In this document: positions 11,907-25,010 of the stretch, in pieces
Layout: each line of letters opens with the position of its first letter
Numbering within the stretch: position 1 is the stretch's first letter
Assembly: GCF_001447785.1 (NCBI RefSeq)
Contig: NW_015165900.1
Coordinates: 63,593-127,592 of the forward strand
From: Gekko japonicus
Lineage: Eukaryota
DNA: 64,000 nucleotides
Direction of reading: 5' to 3'
Made by a program: the position numbers and the translations under genes
Notes under the pieces: generated by a model
Seen by the model: only the letters and a program-made list of their open reading frames with translations
The model's database searches: none
What the model was told of the DNA's origin: nothing

Positions 11907-12817
11907 TTAGATTCTTAACTTATTTCCCCTTATTAGATGTTCTTTATTGTTTAATTCAGGCCTCAAGACAATTATATAACATTTGGGAGAAAATATACAC
12001 CCCAGTAAACCAAGCCCAGAGGCCAAGATGGAGAAGATCTCTACAGCTATCATATATTTCCCTTTGGTACTTAAATACGTTGGAACAAAAGACACCCACA
12101 CAATGCAAAACACCAGCATGCTGAAAGTGATAAACTTGGCTTCATTGAAGGAGTCAGGCAGCTTCCGAGCAAAGTAAGCTACAAAGAAGCTGGTAAGAGA
12201 GAGAAATCCCATGTAGCCCAGAATATAGTAAACTATGTTGGCAGATCCTTCATTGCATTCCACTATGATTTCTTCAGCCACAGAGTTCACGTCAACATCT
12301 GGGAATGGAGGGTCGTTGCAGAGGCAAACCAGACAAAGACACATTTGAACGAATGAACAACAAACAATAATTGAGCTTGCAAAGCTTTTCCCCATCCATT
12401 TCTTCATCTTTGATCCTGGTTTGGAGGCCATGAAAGCCAAAACCACAATGATGGTTTTTGCCAGCACAGAAGAAATGGCCACTGTGAAGATGACGCCAAA
12501 GGCAGTCTGGCGTAGAAGGCAGATGAGAAAGTGAGGCCAGCCAATGAACAGCAAGGTGCAGAGGAAGCAGAGCAGGAGGGAGAGGAGCAGAACATAGGAG
12601 AGTTCTCTGTTGTTGGCTTTGACAATGGGTGTGTTCCGATGCTTTATAAAGATTCCAAATACCAGAGCTGTAGTCAGAGAAAGAGACAGTGCGAAAACAG
12701 CCAAACTTATGCCCAGAGGTTCACCATAAGACAGGAAATGCAGACCCTTTGGAAGGCATCCATTTTGGTGTTTATTTGGATAAGCATCTTCCAGGCATTT
12801 AGCGCAGTCATTCATAT
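11907..12817 (-). CDS. Vmn2r: V2R B exon 6 (7TM domain)
   Basis: ORF 11907-12815 with class C GPCR motifs. Confidence 0.95.
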
Positions 12818-15800
12818 CTTTAAAAGGGAAAAAAACACACCACTATTGTACTTTATGTCATAATTTGAGCTTGGCTGAGTGATACCTTAGTGCTTGATAC
12901 CTTATCTCGCTTGATACTTCAGTATCTCCCATTTGTACATACAAGACATCATGCTAGTTTTGGGATGGCACACTCATCCTTCTACAGTGAACCCCACTAG
13001 TATATCCAGACTGGTGTTTCCACAAGTATAAAGATTTCCATGCATGAAAAGTGACTTTCTTGCCTCTGCCCTCCCTCAACAGCCTGAAATGTCCCCTTCC
13101 TGTTTCTGGGAGACAGGAAAAGAATGAGAGGCACCAGGGAACACAATCATTGGTAGGGCATTCAGGATTGGTTGGGGAGGAGGAAAGGAATGGATTCCCA
13201 CAAGCAGAAATGCTATGCTGCACTATCCTGTATCCATCTTCCCAAGGAAATGCAAGGCTATATCTAACTTCTACCCAATCTATGATGTACATCTTTTGAG
13301 GACTCCTACCCTTCTGGTCTGAGATCTTCCCTGTTGGACATGGAGCACAATTATAGCAGCAGAATGGTTGTCCTTCCTTCTTTTTTCTACTGTAACCTGG
13401 ATGGCAGTGGTCATTACACATAGCCAGGGGTGTGACCTATCAATCAAAAAAAGGAATTCATTTAATTTTGGGAACATTCCCAAAGGTCAGTAAATTGGAG
13501 TAAAAGGTTTCCTAAGGGTATAACAGGCCCCTGCCACACGGCAGGGAAAACACTGGCCAAATTGCGGCTTTTAAAAGCCGCACCAAAAAAGAGACGCCGC
13601 GGCGAATCCCACGATCCCCTGAGCCGCGGCGCCGTTGCTCCCCGGAACGATCAGATGCCGGGGAGGAAGAGACGATTGGGAGGGGGAGGCTGCCGAACTG
13701 CACATGCTTGAGCATATGCAGTACGGCCAGGGGCTGGGGATGCACCGGCGAAAAGACACACCGGCGATCCCACATCCCACAGCCGGCAGTGATGCGGCCT
13801 TTTGCTGCGGGGTTTGGCCGGGAGGGGTGGATTGGGAATGGGTGCAGCACAATTCCCAGATGTTGCTGTGGGATTGCGCCCGTTTGCTGTGGCTCCGATC
13901 CGTCCCTCTCCTGGCCCAAAACGTCTCGTGTGGACAGGACCACAGTTTTGCATTGAAGCTGTTGTAAGTAATGGTACTGTGTCAAAAAGGAAAGGGGCAG
14001 ATATTATGCAAACATTTTTGGCAGAACAGCAATATACTCCTCTCCCCTCTTTCGATAACTTATGAGAATTGCTGTGAATGGATGATAAAGCAATTCTGAA
14101 CAGGCTTTATTCTGAGCAATACTTAACAGTGCTTCCAGAATTCTGATCACTTTATTGTTTATTGTGTGTTTTATTGTATTTTAGATTCCGGCTTTGCCGC
14201 TTGTGAACCGCCCTGAGCCTTGGGGAGGGCGGTATAGAAATCTAATAAATAAATAAATAAATAAATAAATATTCTCAACAAGGCCCATGTGTGAATACTT
14301 AAATTTGGAGAGTGGAGCCATGAACAGGCAAGCTAAATTGTTCTGCAAACCTGAAAAAAAGTCCAAAGGTTTGCAGAAAAAAAATATGTACTCTCAAAAA
14401 CAAGCAAACTGATGGGGAGTTAAAACCCTCCAAAATAATAGAAAGAGTGCCTGTAACTTTAAGAGATAAATGTCCTCAGAGGCCATGGTTTCTTATAGGA
14501 GCAGAGCTCTTCCCATGGCTGTTCTACCCTTTGAGGGAAGACTTATCAGGGCTAGGCCTGACAGTGACCACCAAGCAGCTTCCCACCATAACTTCCATGA
14601 TTCACCCAGGCCCAGCTACTCACTACTGTTCAACAACAGCCACCATACAAAGCCAGTGTGGTGTAGTGGTGAGATTTTCACAGTAGGATCTGGGAGACCT
14701 AGGTCTAAACCCCTGCTATGCCACGGAGGCTTGCTGGGTGACCATGGGCCAGTCACACACTCTAAGCCTAACCTACCCCGCAGGGTTCTTAAGAGGATAA
14801 AATGGAGCAGAGGAGGATGATGTAAGGGGCAGAATAAGGTAGGTTGGTTGGTGGGTGGGAAGTAGAGAAAGGAGAAGAGACAGGTAAGGATATGGGGGCT
14901 ACCAGGAGGACAAAAAGAGAAAATAATGGTGGGGGGGGATGGAGGGGAAGGCAAGGTGCCCCATTCAACTCATTTCAGGTTCCCTACTGTGCATCTGAGC
15001 TTGGCCTGGTGGCAGGCACCACAGAGACTTTCCTGGAAAAAGGGGACAGGCTGCCAGGCAAACAAAAGGAAGAAAATCTAAAGACAAGGAGTCAGATAAA
15101 AAGGTAGGTTGGCTGGTGGGTGGGTGGGGAGTAGAGAATGAAACAGGAGAAGGGGAGAGGCTATTTTGTGTCAGGAAATACTGGCCTATTTTTTTTCTGG
15201 CATCTCTTACTGAAGCACAAACAAGAAATTATTAATGACCTACCTGAGTCTCCCTCCTGCTTTGAACAGGATTTAAATCTGAGGATTTGGATGTCAAAAT
15301 GATTATGATTTGGCATGCCACAGAATCAAAAGCCAAAGCATTTTGGACTTGGTGAAGATTATTTTGCAGGGCTTCAAAATAAGCCTCTTCCAAGGCCTGA
15401 AGCCTCTTGAAACAGGATACTCTGACAACACTAAGTGACTGCTGAAAGGTGGTGGGGATGATTAAGATAACCTATCTGGGGGGACTTTGGAAACACTAGT
15501 CCTGTCTTACCTGATTAAATGTGCTGTGCCATGTTATTATTGGGTCATTCATAGACAACTGTCTTCCCGGTAGTGCTTGGGGATCCATTCTCCCAATTTT
15601 CACTCGTAAGAAGGATTTATTTGGGAAGGTTACCCAGTTAATAATATCAAAGCCACCCACTAATTCACCATTCTCATCAAAACAAAACTTTTCACCGGCA
15701 CTGTTGTTAAAGGAGAGCCTCCTCAAAAAACGGTGAAGCTAGCAGGAAAGAAATTAAGGCAGGTGATCCCAAAGCCATAGAAAAGGTAGAAGGAGAGAGA

Positions 15801-18800
15801 AAATCAGGTCTATGGTTAGAGGTGGTTCTTTTCTCATTTTCTAATCATAATGCTGATTGCATTTGGAAATCAATTTAGTAGAAGCTAACAGTGTGATTTC
15901 CATAAGAGCCAGTTTGGTGTAGTGGTTAAGAGTGCAGACTCTAATCTGGGAGAAGTGGGTTTGATTCCCCACTCCTCCACATGGAGTGACCCTCTCCAGC
16001 AAGAAGATAAGGTAAAAGATCTGATGGAATAATGTCACTGTTTGGTACATATTTACCCAGAGAATCCAATACATTAGCATCTCCCAACCGAGGGATCCCG
16101 GCATAAAAGTGTGCCCCAGATTTTGCAGTTCTACTGATTTTCTTTAAGTAGGTCATCATACCAAATACATTTGTTCTTGTGGTTCACCATACCAAAAATG
16201 CTGGGAACCACTGTACCACATAAGGATTGTTGTGGAACTGTGAAGGGATGAGGTTACAAATAACACCTTCAGTTATTAGAATGTGACATGTGTAATGATT
16301 CCTTGTTTTGATGTGTGTTCCTTTAAATGCAAGGAGGGTGATGGGGGGAGATGTGTGTGCTGTGATTGGTTGATGACTGAGAGTTTGGGAGGAGATGTTC
16401 TGAGAGGAATATGTGTGTGTGTGTGTTTTATGACAGAGTTCAGTGTGTATGCGTCTTTGGAGAGTGAAGTGTGAAAAGCTTTTTTTAAAAAATAATTATA
16501 TTTATTTCAAATTTTCTATATGCATTACAACATGCATATATCCACATCTTATACAACCATGCAACACATTTCGGAGTCTTACACTTATCTATTTAATACC
16601 ATTAGTTTTCCCCCAACCATTTGTAAAAATGTTCCCATCTATTTTTAAATATCACTTCATCCTTATTTTGTAATATTATAGTCAGTTTATCTATTTCCAC
16701 CACTTCCTGTATTTTATAAATTAATTCTCTCTTGGAGGGTATTCCTCCTTGTTTCCAATACTTGGCAAATAATATACGAGCTGCTGTATTTATATAAACA
16801 ATAACGTATTTTTCATCCTTTTTAAACTTATCCGGTAGTACATTTAACAAAAACAATTCAGGCACATAAGGTATTTCTATCCCTAAAATATTTACTAATA
16901 TTTTATGAACTTTATGCCAATATTGTTGAGTCGTAGAGCACCTCCACCACGTATGGTAAAAAGTGCCCACATTGTTTTTACATTTCCAACATTTTTTTGA
17001 CATCTAGGATAACATTTTGCCAATTTATCCAGTGACCAGTGCCACCGGTGAAACATTTTGTATACATTTTCCTTATAAGTGGTAGCTCGCAAGTATTTCG
17101 CAGCTTTCCATACTTTGTGAAAAGCTTTAAAGAAATGTTGTGGAACTCTAAAGTTTTGTGAGAGAGTCTACATGGAAAAGAAACAAGCTGTGTCTAAACT
17201 GTGTGGTTAGACAAATGTTTATTCTTGTGTGCCTAAGACTAAGAGCTTAACCAGTGTGGCTACGTATATGAGAGAGAGAAGCCTGTCAGAGTGAAATTTT
17301 AGTGTCTAAGAGACTGTGGGACACCAAGCTTGCTAGTTATATTTTACAAGTTCCTTTTTCCAGAAACCTATTTTGTTCTTACTTCAATAAATCCATTTTT
17401 GTTTAAACATATCCCAGAATTCAGTACAGTACTTCCTCAGGGCCACATAGTCCTCTGAAGTGCCCAGACCCTGGGTCACACTACCAAAGGAGAGAGAGTT
17501 GGAATTTTTAATTCCTGGTGGCAGCAGAAACTACCAAGTTTATATGCACAAAGTATGAATTAAAGGAAAAACCGTTTCCCCTATAAGCAAGCATGTCACA
17601 GAGTATGATTTAAAGGAAAAACAGGTGCCCCCCCCCATAGGAAGGAGGCCACAACATGCTTGTCAGGAACCTGGCATAAGCAGGAAGAGGAATCCCTGAA
17701 CATCTCAGAGATGGGAACATTCAAAGCAAAGATTTAACATTGTTGCTGGATATTATGCACTCTCTGAACAGTATGGTCTGTCACCTTAGACTTCCTTCTG
17801 TATGAAATATTACCTGAAATGCTTGTGGCTTTGGATGGTCCAGCTTGTTTCCATCTACCATGATTCCATATTTGGTTCTGGATGAAGACATGGCATGTAA
17901 AGCATGTGCCACAGCATAGACAGCATTGTAGATACTGTAACTTTGGCCTGTCATGCTCATTTCAAAAAAAGGCCCAGGAAGGGTCTCTAGCTTCTCTTCC
18001 CCAGTGCAGCTATTCACAGCATCATTGTCCACATCAGTATCTGGAAATAGACAGCTAAATGCCTGCTGCCAGAATATTTTGATGAAACCATCTTCCTTAG
18101 CATGTGGATTTAGGCTCCTGAGGAACTTTGGGAATCCTTGAACTTCAGTGACATGAACTGCAAATGATAATGCACCATGGAAGACTTGTATGCCCAGTTC
18201 TCTATGATATATCTGTGACGAGAAATCGAAATGGGCCGTCATAACCCATTCTTTGTGTATAGGTGCCATGGAATCTGGATCAAACATATTCAGTGCCAAC
18301 TGCAAAGCATTCAGGCTTTCGGAGTCTGCACTTATGATACAGATGTTGACACTAGTCTGGGTTAAGAAAAGTGTCATATTCTGAAACAGTTCTAACATTC
18401 CGTACATCTCCAATGTGTTTTTGTAGGTTGGTATTCTTTCCATGAAGGCGATACAGATGCCATTCTGGGCAAACTTGTGCGCCAAAGTCTGCCCAAACCT
18501 TTCTCCTTTATCATCATTTGCTACCATGACGCCCACCCAGTTCCACTGGAAATGCAGAAGAAGCTGAACAATCCCAGTATACTGGTGCTCTTCACTGGGG
18601 ACAACTCTATACAAAGGAGAGAGTTGGATTACCTCACTCATTGCCGGAGCAAATAAGCAATATGTGACCTAAGCAAAAGAAGAAAGATACTTTACTTCAC
18701 TGGGTTTGAGTTTGCAACGGTTTCTGATCCACTGTTGAATCTGGGGTGACTCACAACTTTTCTCTCCTGTTTAAAATAAAAAGAGCATTTTCATTTGGGA

Positions 18801-21800
18801 AAGAGTAGAAATGGTGAGTGGTTGGAAGCCAGTTTAGAATGGATAAAAGGAAGTACTTCTTCACCCAAAGAGTGATGAACACATGGAATTCACTGCCACA
18901 GGAGGTGGTGGCGGCTACAAGCATGGACGGCTTCAAAAGGGAATTAGATAAGCATCTGGAGCAGAGGTCCATCAGTGGCTATTAGCCACAAGGTATAGAT
19001 AGGGACTCTGGGGCAAGTGATTCTCTGTCATCTTGGTGCTTGGGGGGGTCAACAGTGGGAGGGCTTCTAATGTCCTGGCCCCACTGGTGGACCTCCTGAT
19101 GGCACTGGTATTTCTGGCCACTGTGTGACAGAGAGTGTTGGACTGGATGGGCCTTTGGCATCTCTTATGTTCTTATGTTCTTATCCACTCATCATCATAT
19201 CTCTGTGGTCACCTGGGTGCCAGATGAACACTCTGTCCATGGTTCTGCAATGCATTCGTTCTATAATAAGGGAAGAAGAATATTTAGATAATTTTTGAAG
19301 TGAAATGAATGTTTCAGTTTCTGCTACTGGGAGAATGCAAACTAGAACTTGGCCAAGAGGGTAGGAGAATGGCATTAGCCTCACAGCATTCAGTGCCTCA
19401 CCCATCCTTCAGTTATGTTGTCAGCTGAGTTTGTTTTCAGGATTGATTTACTCTTTTGAGCCAAATGTCAAAGTTCCTGCTATTCAAAGAGATCATTTTT
19501 TTCTTACCCAGTTCTCCTACTTATTAAAGATCGAATCCGACATGGCTGTTGTCTATGCAGGCACCATGAACCCAGTAAGGGGGTTTGTTTTTCTGGGTGG
19601 TTGAAGTGGACTGCTCATTCCATTTTCACCAGCATATAAATGGGTCCTATCCAGCCCACTCACCCTACACTACCACCTTCTATATGATGAGGGAATTCAG
19701 GGTGATGCTATTATAAATCCTTCCTTCTTTGGACACCCTTTGCCTACCTCTCAAGATATCAAAAAATAATAATAATGAAAGCAGCATTTGTGGATTTGAA
19801 TACTACACCAAGAATCAAGATCCCACCTATCCTCTTCTTCCATTCCTGCCATGTGCTGTCAGCAACCTGTCCTATAGTGGTTTCATGCTCCTAAAATGAG
19901 TGTCACTTGGCACTTCTTTTCTTAAGTATGTTTAGAGAATCATAAAAAGGATAGTTGCTCTTATTTTGGCCTCGGCCACACGGGCAGGAAAATGCGGGGG
20001 GGGAGGTGTGGCTGTTTGCCCAGGAGCAAACTAATGCACGACTGCGCGATCAGGTGTCAGGTTGAGGTCCCATTGAGCTCCCGTGGTTAGCGAGGAGGTG
20101 CCGATCACACAACGTGGCAAAGAAGCGGAGTGGAGCGGCAAATGGGGTTGTGTTTTTTAAAAAAACTGAAATGTGCACATGCTCTGTTGGGTGCTTGTGC
20201 GCATCCATGGAGACTTGGGGGGCACCTTTTTGCGAGGGGACATGGGCGGGCGATGGAACTACCACTGGAAACATGATCAGATGCCCGCCCTTGCCCCGCA
20301 GTTTCCAGAAACTAGTACCTCCGAGGTACCCCGCATCTTCAGCAGGAAGCCTCGGGTGCGCCACGGGAGCTCTACGCTTCCCAGATGTGGCGGTGAGATC
20401 ACGCCCGAAAATCCGCCTATCTTCCGTCTCTCTAGCGTGCCTAATGCTCCATGTGACTGGGGCCTTTGTGCGTCAACCCAAATGTTCAACCTCTCTGAGA
20501 AATTATGGGTGAAAGGAAGGGGATAAGTACACAGACTAGGGTAGCCAACCTCCAGGTGGTGGCTGGAGATCTCCTGGAATTACAACTGATCTCCAGGTGA
20601 CAGAGATCAGTTCACCTGGATAAAAATGGCTGCTTTGGAAGGTGGACTCTATGACATCATACCCCACTGAAATGCCTACCCTCTCCAAATCCCACCCTCC
20701 TCGGGATCCACTCCCAAAATCTCCAAGTATTTCCCAACCTGGACCTGGCAACCCTAACACAGACATTTTGAATCAATGTGTGCATTTTCCCCCCTGTGCA
20801 CTGGGACTAGAATGACATGTCCCTTTCACCCACCCGACAGTTCACATTATGAGACCTGAAAGAGGGGATGACTACCAGAAGAACTCTCTCATGTACAGCA
20901 ACAACTCCAATTTTAAAAATGGATATTCTTCTGATACTCCTGCCATCAGCTAGAAGGAAAAATAGGAAGAGAGCCAAAGAGATTGTAATGTCTGGAAGAA
21001 TAAACACAAATACTTTAAGAACATTGTGTGGGATCCAGACAATTTTTTTCACTTGGTCTCACTGAGTTGCCTTGTTTATTAAACCCATCTAACTTGGTTT
21101 CTGTCCATGCAGGTCCCTTTTGTAATTAAAGAGGACCCCTTCCTCCTTTATACATCAGTAGATAGCCTGGTTGGAACCTATTGTTTTTCTTACCTGAGGA
21201 ATCTTGTAAATGCCTAAGAGAGTAGCCATATAAAGGGAGATTTCGGAGTCCAAGCCTCCAATGACAGCTATTAGGTTCTTCCAGATGCCACAGTTGTAGT
21301 TGGGGATAGTTCTATTCTGACTAAACAGAAGATTCAAGGTATTTCGAAAAGCCATCCTTGCATCAAAGTAGCTGTCATATATGTGGAAACCCAGTGTTAT
21401 GTTTGGTAAGATGTGGGGACTCTCGTTAATCTCTTTTAAGGCAAAGACCAAGGACAAGACATGCTGGTAATTCTTGGGCACTGCACTGAAGTAAGAGACA
21501 AATGGTGTGTAATTCTGATATCCATAAACACTTATAACTGTGGTTTCAAGTATAGAAAGGTTCAACATCTTAAGGAAATTGTTCTAAGTAACTGGATATG
21601 TGAAATTTATCCACCATCATTTCCTCTATCACTGAGGACACTTTCCTTCTTTTTAAGCTATTCATATTAATATAATTTCATTACAACCAAGACAGACATT
21701 ACCACTCCCTTTTTCTATTCTGGTTCATTAATTATTTGGGACCATCAAGGTAGTAAAACAAGCAATAAATGTAGGGTAGGATTCAACCAGTTTTTCTGCA

Positions 21801-22647
21801 GGTGAACAAGCACTACCAAAAGCTATGGAGGGATCATGGGACCCTTTCACCAATCAAAAAGTTATGCTGGGGACCATGGAAGCAATTTAGACAAAGGACA
21901 CATGTGATCTGGGCTACAGTACAGAGGCTGATTACATAAAACTGAGTGGGGGAGAATGGTTGGATTTGATCAGCAAAAAAAGAAAAAATGTTGACAGTAG
22001 AAGGAGGGGGAGGAGACAAAATGGCGAGAAGTCTACTACAAGTTCAAGTTCTTTCTTTCTTATCTCTGTTCCTGTGATAGAAATCGACATGGCAGCTACC
22101 TACTTAAAATCAATTGAAAAGTTGCTGTCAAATGATGAGACTTGTTCAAGAGGCCTGAAAGTCACACTGTCCTGTTCTAATGTTCCCTATACTCATCCCC
22201 TCCCCAAACTGTGGGAGAGCTGAACTCTTGGCCAAAGTAATTGGATAAGAACAAAAGCATACGAAGAGAGGGAAATCGCATAGCCCATAATTTGACATCT
22301 TACTGAATCAATGGATCACTTTCAGAAGGTGTCATCGCTTGTATTGTGTTATCCATCTGTTAAGCAATAGTCTAATTCATGCTAAGGATAAAAATATACA
22401 GACAGTTCCCATACACAGATCCATGAAAAAGATTCCCTTTGGGGTGCTCCTCAAAAAGGACACTGTGAGAAACGGGGAAGAACTGTGAGGTGATTCCACC
22501 AATGAGGAAGTCTCCTGGCTGAGAATACTGGTGAGGTGTCTGCAAGGCATCATTCACTGTACACATAGCAAGATGTGTCTGAGATTCAGTTTGCGGCAGC
22601 AGCAGCCACAATATCAGGAGTTGTAGTGAAACCCTGAATCCTTTCAT
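11907..22647 (-). CDS. Vmn2r: V2R gene B, complete, about 881 aa: exons 22415-22647, 21194-21485, 17814-18668, 15511-15738, 13310-13436, 11907-12817
   Basis: Six exons of 233/292/855/228/127/911 nt with compatible phases (sum 2646 nt); Venus flytrap, nine-cysteine domain ([16 protein letters not shown]) and class C 7TM ([24 protein letters not shown]). Confidence 0.94.
13310..13436 (-). CDS. Vmn2r: V2R B exon 5 (cysteine-rich domain)
   Basis: 127 nt, [31 protein letters not shown], phase-1 donor GTAGGA. Confidence 0.94.
13526..13941. mobile_element. PIF/Harbinger-like MITE (different subfamily)
   Basis: TIR GGCCCCTGCCACACG / CGTGTGGACAGGACC, TSD ACA. Confidence 0.75.
14652..14810 (+). mobile_element. 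Older tRNA-derived SINE
   Basis: GCCAGTGTGGTGTAGTGG head..CTAACCTACCCCGCAGGGTT. Confidence 0.6.
15511..15738 (-). CDS. Vmn2r: V2R B exon 4
   Basis: 228 nt, [30 protein letters not shown]. Confidence 0.94.
15906..15985 (+). mobile_element. Squam3-like SINE head
   Basis: Same tRNA-like head as the 37274 copy. Confidence 0.75.
16282..17650 (+). mobile_element. LTR-like element interrupted by an L1 fragment
   Basis: Absent from intron 3 of genes A and C; TGTGACATG...CATGTCACA (17600) inverted termini; AATAAA near 17386. Confidence 0.55.
16483..17115 (-). mobile_element. 5'-truncated L1 (ORF2 C-terminus)
   Basis: [34 protein letters not shown]; 13-bp TSD TGTGAAAAGCTTT at 16470 and 17116. Confidence 0.9.
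17814..18668 (-). CDS. Vmn2r: V2R B exon 3
   Basis: 855 nt open frame, AG/GT flanks. Confidence 0.94.
18830..19184 (+). mobile_element. CR1 3' fragment
   Basis: Homologous to 27310-27675; (TTCTTATG)n tail. Confidence 0.88.
19968..20464. mobile_element. PIF/Harbinger-like MITE (same family as 6637, inverted)
   Basis: TIRs, TSD TTT; empty site in gene A near 5775. Confidence 0.8.
20537..20756. mobile_element. hAT-type MITE
   Basis: TAGGGTAGCCA..TGGCAACCCTA termini, perfect 8-bp TSD ACACAGAC. Confidence 0.85.
21194..21485 (-). CDS. Vmn2r: V2R B exon 2
   Basis: 292 nt, AVPKNYQH...YKIPQ. Confidence 0.93.
22415..22647 (-). CDS. Vmn2r: V2R B exon 1
   Basis: [34 protein letters not shown]; phase-2 donor; an in-frame upstream ATG exists at 22749. 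Confidence 0.87.
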
Positions 22648-24108
22648 TTGGAATGAAGGGCATCTTCCCTTGAGATGAAATCCTTTCCCTGTGTGATCAT
22701 TTATTATCCAGTACCAGCCTCTTGAACATCCAGCCTTCAATGGCACCATCCCTAAGTATTGGTCTCTAAACTGGAAGAAAGCACAAAGAAGGGGAAGACT
22801 GATACAGTGCTGTCTTGCAAAGTGACCTGTCCTTCAAATTGCCCCTTACCTCTGCTCTGAACAGTATGGGAATGTTTTATGTAAGCAGGATGGTATTTAC
22901 TAATATTCAATCTGCGCTCTGGGAAGGAGGAGGCTGGGTCAGGGTAACTGGAAATGATTGCTGGGTATGTGAACACCTCCCCAAGGTATTGTGTTCTGTA
23001 GGACATCAGGTGCAGCAGAAACATGAAAGCAAACATTGCATAGGGAGAGCTGCTTCCATATTGCGTCACCACACTGATTTATATGAAAATCTCAGTTTCT
23101 GTAAAAGGTTCTTCCTGTTCAGGAGGAGACTATAGTCTTTTTTTTTTTAAAAAAAATATTCCATAAAGACACTAATGAAATACAGTAGAAATGCTGCCAT
23201 GTAATTTTACTCCTATTTTTGCTTCCATTCCATATTAATTACATACAAATGCTATGGAACGATTTTGAGACCTGGCCTCTAAAGGTAAGAAGGGCCTGGA
23301 GTCTGACACAGCTATGCTACTTTACATTGCATTACTTCCTCTTTGATCAATACAATTGGGCTTTTTATAAGCATTTAATAGTTATGTAGGTTTTGGCACT
23401 AAAAACACTGAAAAGTCACAGTAATCTGAGAGAATGGCAGCATGGGCTCCCATGTATTCTGGCACCAGATTCAGCACAACCATAAAAGGAGCATCATAAT
23501 GCAGTTAAAGTGAAGCACTTTTGAGTCACATTGATTTTAGACTGGCCCTAATTTTAATAAGGTTTTCATTTTTCTTGTAAACACTGACATGCTCACAACA
23601 AAAATCATCTCTGCTATCAAATCTCAAGCACATTCACAAAAGGTGTCACCAGAGCCACTGTGGTATCCACCTAGAGCGTTGCATGAAAATCTTAGTGACC
23701 AGGGTCCAAATCCACAAACTGCCCTGAAGCAAGTTGGTAAATTTAGTCCAATTACTCTCCCTCAGCCCATCTTTCTCATGTATAGCCATTCTAAGTGGTG
23801 CAGGGCAGCAGAAGTAACAGCCCTATATTGAAGTCATCTAATTAGACCGACTATCTTGACTTTATAAACAGGGTTACCCATTCTAAATTCACTCAAATGA
23901 AACAGTTAAAAAAGCACAAAAAATAGAGGGAACTACCAACTGCTGCCATGGGCAGTAAAGCAAGAATCCCATTGTGCAGCCTCAATGAAGACATAGACAT
24001 TGATTATACTTGGATTTTATTATTGGGAACTAGAAGTTACTCAGAAACAAATTACATTTAATGACCTTGGGATAAAATCATGAGAACATAATAAGGGTTA
24101 TTGAATTC

Positions 24109-25010
24109 TTACTCATTTCTCCTTATTAGACACTCTTTACTGTTTAATTCAGGCCTCAGGACAATTATATAACATTTGGGAGAAAAAATACATCCCAGTA
24201 AACCAAGTCCAGAGGCCAAGATGGAGAAGATCTCTACAGCTGTCATATATTTCCCTTTGATACCTAAATATGTTGGAACAAAAGACACCCACACAATGCA
24301 AAACACCAACATGCTGAAAGTGATAAACTTGGCTTCATTAAAAGAGTCAGGCAGCTTCCGAGCAAAGTAAGCTGCAAAGAAGCTGGTAAGAGAGAGAAAT
24401 CCTATGTAGCCCAGAACATAGTAAAGTATGTTGGCAGACCCTTCATTGCATTCCACTATGATTTCTTCAGCCAAAGAGTTCATGTCAACATTTGGGAATG
24501 GGGGGTCATAGCAGAGGCAAACCAGGCAAAGACACATTTGAATGAATGAACAAGTAGAAACAGCAGAGAAAGCAAAGCTTTTCCCGATCCCCTTCTTCAT
24601 CTTTGATCCTGGTTTAGAGGCCATGAAAGCCAAGACCACAATGATGGTTTTTGTCAACAAAGAAGAAATGGCCACTGTGAAGATGACGCCAAAAGCTGTC
24701 TGGCGTAGAAGACAGGTGAGAAAGTGAGGTCGGCCAATGAACAGCAAGGAGCAGAGGAAGCAGAGCAGGAGGGAGACAAGCAGAACATAGGAGAGTTCTC
24801 TGTTGTTGGCTTTGACGATGGGAGTGTTCCGGTGCTTTACAAAGATCCCAAGTACCACAGCTGTGGTCAGAGAAAGAGACAGAGCACAAACAGCCAAACT
24901 CCTGCCCAGAGGTTCACCATAAGACAGGAAATGGAGATGCTTTTGAAGACATTCATTTTGATTTGGATTTGGATACTTATCTTCTGGGCATTTGGTACAG
25001 TCATCCATAT
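24109..25010 (-). CDS. Vmn2r: V2R C exon 6 (7TM)
   Basis: ORF 24109-25044; acceptor TTTAAAG|AT. Confidence 0.93.

Noticed and set aside
22771-22849. Possible short 5' UTR intron (GTAAGG..TTCCAG) in gene B
   Set aside because: The acceptor AG is AA in gene C, the equivalent is only about 60 nt in gene A, and it conflicts with the TATA-like motif position
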